DNA of 64,000 nucleotides, taken from assembly GCA_963749915.1 (NCBI GenBank), contig CAVVOP010000020.1, forward strand, positions 160,001-224,000. Reading direction: 5' to 3'. The stretch comes from an uncultured cyanobacterium. Its GTDB lineage: Bacteria > Cyanobacteriota > Cyanobacteriia > Cyanobacteriales > Cyanobacteriaceae. Made by a program: the position numbers and the translations under genes. This document shows, one piece after another, positions 31,368 through 39,303 of this stretch. The first letter of the stretch is position 1; each line of letters starts with the position of its first letter. Under the pieces are notes generated by a model. The model had not been told where the DNA came from and searched no databases. It saw only the letters and a program-made list of their open reading frames with translations.

Positions 31368-31421
31368 GATTAAATATGGAAGGTAAAAATTGATTCTTGA
31401 CTTTTGATTTTTGCTGTATGG

Positions 31422-33095
31422 TTACTTTTGCATAATAAAGTTTAAAACTGCATTAGTAAAGGCAAAAGGCTTATTAATTTTTTGTTTAATGAAATAGTCT
31501 TTTAATAATTCTTCCTGCAATGTTACGGGAAAAAGTTTACGAATTAAAGAATCATCACCATCAGCAATAATTAAATCATTTAAGTCAGCATTAAGGGCAA
31601 TTTCAAACTCATGAAAACTTACACCATTTCCCCAACGAATTAATGTTTCTATTCCTTCACTTATATTTTTTTCCGCCATTGCTTGATCAAGAGAAAATTT
31701 AAAATCTTCTCTGGGAGATTTATGATAATATTCAATGGCTAAATCTTCTGGCAACATATGGAAAAAATCTAACCAGGAAGTGTGATGATCATAATATGTT
31801 AAGCGATTTGGAGTTTCTGTTATGATTAAAATTCCATGGGGTTTAAGTAATTTCCATGTTTCTGATAGCACTTCCAATCTCTCTTTGATTTTCATGTGCT
31901 CTAACACTGCAAATAAAAGAATCACATCAACACCATCACTATGATTTTTTTTAATTATTGATAATGAATTTTCAGGAGTAACCTGAGTTATATCAACATT
32001 GTTAATGCCCATTATTCTCATTCTTTCTCTAGACGCTTCTACATCCTTTTCGATAATTTCATAAGCATATATCTGGTTACAAAAATGAGCAAAAGCGGCT
32101 GTACTCGACCCTGTACCAGAACCAATTTCCAGCATATCTTTACCTTGTAAATTAAAATGCTTTATTACCCAAGGTACATAGTGATACAAAGTATTATCGT
32201 ATCTTAAAAATACATGATCATCTATATCTTTTTTTATTTCCTCACTTTCTAATCTTTCTTCATCTAATGATTGATAGTATGTTTTTTTTAAAGCTTGGGT
32301 CATTTCTTCTCTTCGTGTTGAATCATCAAACTTATATTTAACTAACTCATTTTTTTTGATATTCAATGTTTTTTTGACTTGTGGAATATAATTAGGCATT
32401 TTATTGCCCTTTTCTAAATCCCACCCATAGGATCGCACCCTTGTAGTTAAATAATGAGAAGGGAAAAACACTAAATCTGCATTTTCGCAGGAATATTGTT
32501 CATAATGTGCCACTTGCCACAGCCATTCTGGATACTCAATATTATACTTTTCATTAGCCTCATAAATCCATTCATGACCACTGTGCATCGTCACTGCCAC
32601 GGCACAATTATCCCCGAGAATATTAGTTTGTTTAGCTTGAAGACTATAATAACTAATACCTAACATGTCGTGGAACTCTATATATATTTTACTGTTAGGA
32701 AATTGATGGCTAATAGCTTGGAGAAAGAATAAACAACCATAGCCTAAATAATCCACCCATTCAGAGGCAACAGAAGCTAAAATTTGATGGTGAAAAGAAG
32801 ATAAATTAAGAGTTTTCCGAAGCTGGTTAGTAGTAAATATATGCTTAACTTCCTCTAATGCTGATTCTCCGAGATAATGGGATTCGGAATCACAAGAAAT
32901 TAAGATAACATACCAACCCTGGGAATATAATTTTTTGGCTAAATTTTTATAATAAGTACCAACGCCTCCATTGCGAAAAATTCCTTCATATTCAGTGGTC
33001 GGTAACACTGCAATTTTTTGGGGATTTATATAAGGAAATAGACTTTTTATATCTGAATGAAAAGTAATAATATTTTTTTTATCAAGAGTATTCAC
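31422..33095 (-). CDS. GT4 N-terminal domain fused to a class I SAM methyltransferase
   Basis: EYEGIFRNGGVGTYY...IEFHD...TMHSG...FFPSHYL; then LEIGSGTG, AVLEH and LLKPHG. Confidence 0.8.
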   Translation of the reverse strand: MNTLDKKNIITFHSDIKSLFPYINPQKIAVLPTTEYEGIFRNGGVGTYYKNLAKKLYSQGWYVILISCDSESHYLGESALEEVKHIFTTNQLRKTLNLSSFHHQILASVASEWVDYLGYGCLFFLQAISHQFPNSKIYIEFHDMLGISYYSLQAKQTNILGDNCAVAVTMHSGHEWIYEANEKYNIEYPEWLWQVAHYEQYSCENADLVFFPSHYLTTRVRSYGWDLEKGNKMPNYIPQVKKTLNIKKNELVKYKFDDSTRREEMTQALKKTYYQSLDEERLESEEIKKDIDDHVFLRYDNTLYHYVPWVIKHFNLQGKDMLEIGSGTGSSTAAFAHFCNQIYAYEIIEKDVEASRERMRIMGINNVDITQVTPENSLSIIKKNHSDGVDVILLFAVLEHMKIKERLEVLSETWKLLKPHGILIITETPNRLTYYDHHTSWLDFFHMLPEDLAIEYYHKSPREDFKFSLDQAMAEKNISEGIETLIRWGNGVSFHEFEIALNADLNDLIIADGDDSLIRKLFPVTLQEELLKDYFIKQKINKPFAFTNAVLNFIMQK

Positions 33096-33152
33096 AGCAT
33101 TTTTATGTAACTCAATATTAATAAGGGGATTTTACCATAGCAGGGAAGCATT

Positions 33153-33194
33153 AAAAAATCTCCGGTCCCATTTTTTCAGTTTAGGACTGGAGAT
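33153..33194 (-). terminator. Intrinsic terminator after the RTX gene
   Basis: Minus strand ATCTCCAGTCC...GGACCGGAGAT followed by a T run. Confidence 0.65.
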
Positions 33195-33231
33195 GTACAT
33201 CAATCAAAGTTCAGATCAGGCTAATTCGTTA

Positions 33232-34791
33232 CTAAACAAGTACAAACTCATCACTAGGTAGAATGCTATTTGGTTGTCCTGGTTCTAAACTTAAAGAAGT
33301 TTCAGTAATAGGATTAGAGGGAGTGAAACCACCGCTGTTATAAATGCCTATAGGCTGATTATCGGTTGAGCTCCCTAAGAAATTCCCCGTAGGACTGAAA
33401 TAAAGAGTGGTCAGATCATCCGCCGAATCTGGTGTTCCCTTAGTGTCAACAACCGACAGAAAACGATTATTCACAGTGGAAAAATCGGGAAAACCAGAAC
33501 CAGGGGGAACATTACTAATCAACTGGTAAAAATCAGCGAGTAATGCATCTTTTTGTTCTAAGGTAACTTGGGGAATATATTTAATATTATTCAAGTCGTT
33601 TCCAAAAGCAACTACATCAGTCAACTCTGCTGTAGTAAGAGGCCGGGTAATGGCAGTTCCAGGAATAATGTCAAACTGGGCAGCTAACCCTTTGATACTA
33701 GTATTTACACCAATGGAAGGACCTGCAGGAAATTGAGATCCATCAATAAGGAAAAACTCAGTTACCCCTGATAACAAACCAAACTTAGTACGAGAAATGG
33801 TGACGGTAGGGGGTCCAGGGGGGGTTTGAGCGGAAACAGTTAGACCACCGGCAATAGCTGCTGTTAGTAGCCCCTGCACTCCTGCTATCTCCGAGGGAGT
33901 ACCTGTTACAGTGAGACCACCAGTACCGGTTATGCTGGTTATACCTGCACTAGTAATCTCTGAAGCCGTAATGATTGCCGCAGCACCGGAATCAATCTCA
34001 AGGGTTGAAATATTATTCAAACTGGTGCTAGACAAGTCATTATTACCTGAAATTTCCAAGACTGAATCACCTTCGGGGGGTGTAGCAAAACTTGGATTTT
34101 GGCCACCATAAAGTGTGAGATCAGCCGTAGCGGCTCCTTCATTCAATACAATTCTATTGTTTCCCAGGTCTCCAGATATGATAACTGGTCCGCTTGTGTT
34201 GTTAACAATGATTAAATCGTCGCCTTGACCACCGTAAACTGTATCATTATTTCCGTCGTTGATAGTAATGGTGTCATTTTCGTTGTCAGCAGCAATCAGA
34301 TTATTAGACGACGACTCGACGAAGATCTGATCGGAATCTTTACCGCCACGAACTTCGTTGTTATTGCCATTGACAGTAATATAATCAAGTCCCGTATTTC
34401 CATTGACGAAGTTTCCATCGCTATTAATGGAGATAGTATCCTGTGATTTTCCTCCATAAACTTCACTATCAGGATGGTTTATGGTTATAAAGTCATTTCC
34501 ATCATTAGCACTGACGAAGTCAGGTCCAGCACCAATAGTAATGATGTCATTTCCTTGCCCACCATAGACGGTATCGAGACCTTCCCCACCATCGAGGGTG
34601 TCATCACCTTGATTACCCAAAAGAGAATCATCACCGGCCAAGCCATTGATTTCATCCCCGAAATTTGTACCAACAACGGTATCATTACCAGCTAAAGCGT
34701 CGGCTAAAACACCATCTGTTAAATCAGGTAATAAACTGGGATCCCACAAATCAGGGCCGTCTGTAAAAGTTGTAATTGTAGTTAGTGCCAT
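33232..34791 (-). CDS. RTX (hemolysin-type Ca2+-binding repeat) secreted/surface protein
   Basis: Multiple GGxGxD-type nonapeptides (GLAGDDSLL, GNQGDDTLD, GGQGNDIIT); Ser/Thr/Gly rich; no obvious signal peptide. Confidence 0.85.
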   Translation of the reverse strand: MALTTITTFTDGPDLWDPSLLPDLTDGVLADALAGNDTVVGTNFGDEINGLAGDDSLLGNQGDDTLDGGEGLDTVYGGQGNDIITIGAGPDFVSANDGNDFITINHPDSEVYGGKSQDTISINSDGNFVNGNTGLDYITVNGNNNEVRGGKDSDQIFVESSSNNLIAADNENDTITINDGNNDTVYGGQGDDLIIVNNTSGPVIISGDLGNNRIVLNEGAATADLTLYGGQNPSFATPPEGDSVLEISGNNDLSSTSLNNISTLEIDSGAAAIITASEITSAGITSITGTGGLTVTGTPSEIAGVQGLLTAAIAGGLTVSAQTPPGPPTVTISRTKFGLLSGVTEFFLIDGSQFPAGPSIGVNTSIKGLAAQFDIIPGTAITRPLTTAELTDVVAFGNDLNNIKYIPQVTLEQKDALLADFYQLISNVPPGSGFPDFSTVNNRFLSVVDTKGTPDSADDLTTLYFSPTGNFLGSSTDNQPIGIYNSGGFTPSNPITETSLSLEPGQPNSILPSDEFVLV

Positions 34792-35005
34792 TTTATACTC
34801 CTATACCATGGAATTAGTTAACAAAATACGAAACATATTATTAAAATAGCGAACATTCACCATTGCTCATAAAACAATACTATACAGCATAATAATGATT
34901 AATTGTTAAGAAACAATGTTTTCGTCGTTATTTTTTAATGAATGTTATCTTAGTTTAGATAATAAAGCAAATTTTTAAAATTAGATCTTTTTTATTTTTT
35001 TTTTT

Positions 35006-36430
35006 ATGGATACTCATTTGCCACAAGCTCTTATTGTAACAGGGATGCATCGTTCTGGTACTTCTCTTTTATCCTCGTTACTCCAAAGTGCAGGAGTAAA
35101 TATTGGCCAAAAATTGGTTCCTGGGAATGACGGCAATCCTAAAGGTTATTTTGAAAATGCTGATTTTGTCAATTTTCATGAAAGTATCTTATTTTCTTTA
35201 GGTATTAATACAATTGGTTGGACTACCCAAGAACAAATTGTTCCACCTCTAAGTTATGCTGAGGAGGCACAAAGATTAATTGAGGAAAATCAGGATTTAG
35301 AAAGGCCTTGGGGATGGAAAGAACCGAGAACCACTCTTTTTCTCGATTTTTGGTCAGACTTATTACCTTCAGCCTATTTTATCTTCGTTTATCGATCCCC
35401 TTGGGAAGTTCTTGACTCTTTGTATAGGAGAGGAGATGATATTTTTCATCACAATCCTGAATTGGCTTTACAGGCTTGGAGTAGTTATAATCGGCAAATT
35501 TTACGTTTTTATCAAGCACACCCAGAAAAATGCCTATTATTTAATTTGGAGAAAGTCACGGCCAATCCCGATCATTTGATAGAGATGATTAACGGCAAAT
35601 TTAATTTATCTCTCCCACCGGTGGATTCTAGTATCTATGATGCTTCTTCTTTAAAAACGGACACCAGAAAATCTCAACGCCCTCATCTTTTAAAAATCTA
35701 TTTTCCGCAAATATGGGAACAATATCAAGAATTGAATACCATTACCGATTTTCACGATGCTTGTGTTGAGGCCGTAGAAAATTTATCTGATAATGCTTGG
35801 GTTTTGCAGGATTGGTTGAATGTCAGGGTTTTAGAAAAAAGGCTAAAACAAGAGAAGAAGTTTAGCGATGAGCATATACATTCTGTTTATCAAAAATTAG
35901 GGGAAACCACCGGGGAAAAAGAAGCTTTAGAGTTTCGGTTACAGCAATCTCAACAGGAATTAAATAATACTCAATCTCAGTTACAAGATAAGCAACAGGA
36001 GTTACAAAATACTCAGTCTCAGCTACAAGATAAGGAGCAAGAATTACATGACACTCAATATCAGCTACAAGCCCGTTTAGAACAAATCCAAGAGGAGTTG
36101 CAAGCTCGTTTAGAACAGATCCAAGAGGAGTTGCATAACACTCAATCTCATTTACAACAGACTCAACAGGAATTGCAAGATAAAAAATATGAATTACAAC
36201 AAGGGGATTTGAGGTTTAAGGAGTTACATTTTTATTTCGAGCGTTCTCAGGAAGAATTAAAACAAACTCAGGATAAACTGGCGGACATAGGCGTAAATCT
36301 CCAAGAAAAAGAAGAAGAGTTACGACATAGTCAAGAGAAAATTGTATCAATGGAAACTACTAAATTTTGGCAAATGAGGCAGCGGTGGTTTAAAATTAAA
36401 CGATCTTTAGGTATGGTAAAACAGGAATAG
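35006..36430 (+). CDS. Sulfotransferase-like domain + long coiled coil + METTKFW tail
   Basis: TGMHRSGTS, WGWKEPRT, YRSPWEV; Q/E-rich repeats. Confidence 0.85.
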   Translation: MDTHLPQALIVTGMHRSGTSLLSSLLQSAGVNIGQKLVPGNDGNPKGYFENADFVNFHESILFSLGINTIGWTTQEQIVPPLSYAEEAQRLIEENQDLERPWGWKEPRTTLFLDFWSDLLPSAYFIFVYRSPWEVLDSLYRRGDDIFHHNPELALQAWSSYNRQILRFYQAHPEKCLLFNLEKVTANPDHLIEMINGKFNLSLPPVDSSIYDASSLKTDTRKSQRPHLLKIYFPQIWEQYQELNTITDFHDACVEAVENLSDNAWVLQDWLNVRVLEKRLKQEKKFSDEHIHSVYQKLGETTGEKEALEFRLQQSQQELNNTQSQLQDKQQELQNTQSQLQDKEQELHDTQYQLQARLEQIQEELQARLEQIQEELHNTQSHLQQTQQELQDKKYELQQGDLRFKELHFYFERSQEELKQTQDKLADIGVNLQEKEEELRHSQEKIVSMETTKFWQMRQRWFKIKRSLGMVKQE

Positions 36431-36448
36431 AGTTAAATTCTAATTATT

Positions 36449-37150
36449 ATGACTGAAAATAGCAAAAGTATTGATTATGAGAAGGATTGGGATCAATACG
36501 CTCAAAACTGGTCTAATCTTCATCAAGATAAAAAATATATTGGCGATGAGTGGATTGGCAAGGAAGCGGGGGCGGCTAAAAGTTTAGACGAATATGTTCA
36601 ATTAATTGAACATAAATTTATAGCCCCTTACATCAAACTTCATCATCATGTTTTAGAAATTGGCATCGGCGGAGGACGTACGGCAGAAATTTTGCTCAAA
36701 TATTGCGATCTCTTAACCTGTGCGGATATTGCCGTGGAAATGTTAGAAGCAACAAAGCAACGCATAGGAGAAGAAAAGGTAAATTATATTAAACTAGATG
36801 GTGTAACCCTGGATAACATCAAACCTAATTCTTTGGATGTTTGTTTTTGTTATGACACGATGGTACACTTAGAACCAAGAGACATTTTTAATTATTTGAC
36901 CCGTATTCCATCACTGTTAAAAGACGATAAACTGTGCATTTTTCATCATACAAACATTCTCAGTGAATTGGGCTGGAAAAGATTTCTCAAAGATTGGGAT
37001 AAACATCTATTAGGCAGACACGGTACTGCTTTTTCCGTCATGACAGATAATATTATGGAGCGGTTTTTAACCCATTTAGGCTATAAAATTATCCTAAAAG
37101 ATGTCGAATCGGTACCGAGGGATTGTGTGTGGATTTGTCAAGCACCTTAA
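36449..37150 (+). CDS. Class I SAM methyltransferase
   Basis: VLEIGIGGGR, ADIAVEML, YDTMVH. Confidence 0.85.
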   Translation: MTENSKSIDYEKDWDQYAQNWSNLHQDKKYIGDEWIGKEAGAAKSLDEYVQLIEHKFIAPYIKLHHHVLEIGIGGGRTAEILLKYCDLLTCADIAVEMLEATKQRIGEEKVNYIKLDGVTLDNIKPNSLDVCFCYDTMVHLEPRDIFNYLTRIPSLLKDDKLCIFHHTNILSELGWKRFLKDWDKHLLGRHGTAFSVMTDNIMERFLTHLGYKIILKDVESVPRDCVWICQAP

Positions 37151-37259
37151 CAATTGATAATTGATAATTGACAATGGATCATTTTCGACATTCCATCGAT
37201 TGGGGATTGTCCACAATTTGCTGGGGTGGTTTTTAACAATTAAAAGAATAAAAATTGTC

Positions 37260-38054
37260 ATGAAAAGACCGGATTTTTTAATCATTGGAGTACAAAGAGG
37301 AGGTACAAGTTCCCTATTTCGTTATTTAATGGAACACCCTCAAATTGCCCCTCCAGTGGATAAAGAAGTGCATTTTTTTGACCTAAATTATCAAAAGGGA
37401 TGGGATTGGTATTTACAACAATTTTCTCTTTTTAATGGTGAATATCAGCAAAAAATTGACTCCCCCGGAAAGATTATTACTGGTGAAGCTAGTCCTTATT
37501 ACATTTATCATCCTTTAGTAGCTCAAAGAGTAAAACAATATTGTCCTGATGTTAAATTGATTTTTTTATTACGAGATCCAGTGGATCGAGCTATTTCCCA
37601 TTATCATCATTGTATCCGTTTTAAACTAGAAACTTTATCCTTATATGAAGCCTTAAAATTAGAAAAAGATCGCCTTAAAGGAGAATCGGAAAAATTTACA
37701 ATGGATGAAAATTACTATAGCTATAATCATCAACATTTAGCCTATATATCGAGAGGTAGATATATAGAACAATTAAAGCATTGGCGACAATATTTTTCAG
37801 CTGAACAATTTTTAATATTGCAAAGTGAAAAATTCTATAAAAATCCGACACAAACCCTCAACAAAGTAACTGATTTTTTAGTAATAGATAACTATAAATT
37901 AACGGAATATTATCCCCATAATCAGTATGAATATCCCGAAACATCCCCATCAATAATAAAACAGTTGAAAGCTTATTTTACTCCTTATAATCACCAATTA
38001 TATCAATATTTAGATGAAGAATTTTGTTTTAAAGATGAAGTAATTTTTAACTAA
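37260..38054 (+). CDS. Sulfotransferase (Sulfotransfer_1 type)
   Basis: PDFLIIGVQRGGTSSL, KEVHFFD, GEASPYY, LRDPVDRAISHY; likely start is ATG 37260. Confidence 0.9.
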   Translation: MKRPDFLIIGVQRGGTSSLFRYLMEHPQIAPPVDKEVHFFDLNYQKGWDWYLQQFSLFNGEYQQKIDSPGKIITGEASPYYIYHPLVAQRVKQYCPDVKLIFLLRDPVDRAISHYHHCIRFKLETLSLYEALKLEKDRLKGESEKFTMDENYYSYNHQHLAYISRGRYIEQLKHWRQYFSAEQFLILQSEKFYKNPTQTLNKVTDFLVIDNYKLTEYYPHNQYEYPETSPSIIKQLKAYFTPYNHQLYQYLDEEFCFKDEVIFN

Positions 38055-38100
38055 TTTAATAATTAAGTTTGAATATTTTTGGTAAAGTTAATATTTTTTT

Positions 38101-39195
38101 ATGGCAATTAAACGATCGTCTTCTGAAAATAAATCCTCCCCTGTCCCTCAACAGAGGAAAAATAAATCCGTTATTCCTAAGTCGGCATTATCGGAAGATG
38201 ATAACATTTTGTTGCCTACGGAAATTAGGGAGGATTTAGGGGAAAATGAGGATAAGATTCGCCCCCATCGTCTTGGTGATTATATCGGGCAAAAGGATCT
38301 TAAGGAAGTGATCATCATCGCTATTCAAGCAGCTAAACAGAGAAAAGACCCTTTAGATCATATTTTATTCTATGGGCCTCCTGGATTGGGCAAAACCACC
38401 ATGTCATTGATTTTGGCACAGGAAATGGGGGTAAGTTGTAAAATTACGGCGGCCCCTGCATTAGAAAGACCTAGGGATATTACAGGGTTATTAGTTAGTC
38501 TTAAACTCGGGGATATTCTCTTTATTGACGAAATTCACCGTTTAAATCGGGTGACGGAAGAATTGCTTTATCCGGCGATGGAAGATTGTCGTTTAGATGT
38601 TACTATCGGCAAGGGACAATCGGCAAAAATTCGTAGTATTCCGCTATCTCCTTTTACCCTTATTGGTGCTACCACAAAAATTGGTTCGTTAACTTCTCCG
38701 TTGCGCGACCGTTTTGGCTTGATTCAACGGTTGCAATTTTACGATGTGGATGAACTTACGGAAATTATACTGCGATCGGCTACTATTTTAAAGTTAGATA
38801 TTGATCAAGGTGGTGCGGAAGAAATAGCTCGTAGATCAAGGGGAACACCAAGAATTAGTAACCGGTTATTACGCAGGGTGAGGGATTATGTGCAAGTAAA
38901 ACATCAATCTAGTATTAATCAACTGTTGGCGGCAGAAGCGTTGGATTTACATAATGTCGATCGTTTGGGATTGGATTGGACTGATAGACTTGTATTATCA
39001 ACGATTATCGATCAATTTAAGGGTGGTCCCGTAGGCTTGGATGCGATCGCAGCTGCTACAGGGGAAGATGCTAAAACTATTGAGGAGGTCTATGAGCCTT
39101 ATTTATTACAAATCGGTTTTATTAATCGTACCACAAGGGGGCGGGTTATCACCGATAAGGCTTATCAACACTTAAGAATAATTGATCATACCTGA
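38101..39195 (+). CDS. ruvB: Holliday junction branch-migration helicase RuvB
   Basis: [43 protein letters not shown]. Confidence 0.97.
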   Translation: MAIKRSSSENKSSPVPQQRKNKSVIPKSALSEDDNILLPTEIREDLGENEDKIRPHRLGDYIGQKDLKEVIIIAIQAAKQRKDPLDHILFYGPPGLGKTTMSLILAQEMGVSCKITAAPALERPRDITGLLVSLKLGDILFIDEIHRLNRVTEELLYPAMEDCRLDVTIGKGQSAKIRSIPLSPFTLIGATTKIGSLTSPLRDRFGLIQRLQFYDVDELTEIILRSATILKLDIDQGGAEEIARRSRGTPRISNRLLRRVRDYVQVKHQSSINQLLAAEALDLHNVDRLGLDWTDRLVLSTIIDQFKGGPVGLDAIAAATGEDAKTIEEVYEPYLLQIGFINRTTRGRVITDKAYQHLRIIDHT

Positions 39196-39303
39196 GTTTC
39201 CAGTTCGCAGTTAGTGTATAACCTTAGTAGGATTGAATTAGCTAAAATTAGAGAAAAAAGACGATTAAATTTTTTTTAGAACTTTATTAATGAGGTTTAG
39301 TAA

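Noticed and set aside
37161..37259. N-terminal extension of the sulfotransferase
   Set aside because: It starts within heptamer repeats (AATTGAT-type); the family motif begins at ATG 37260.
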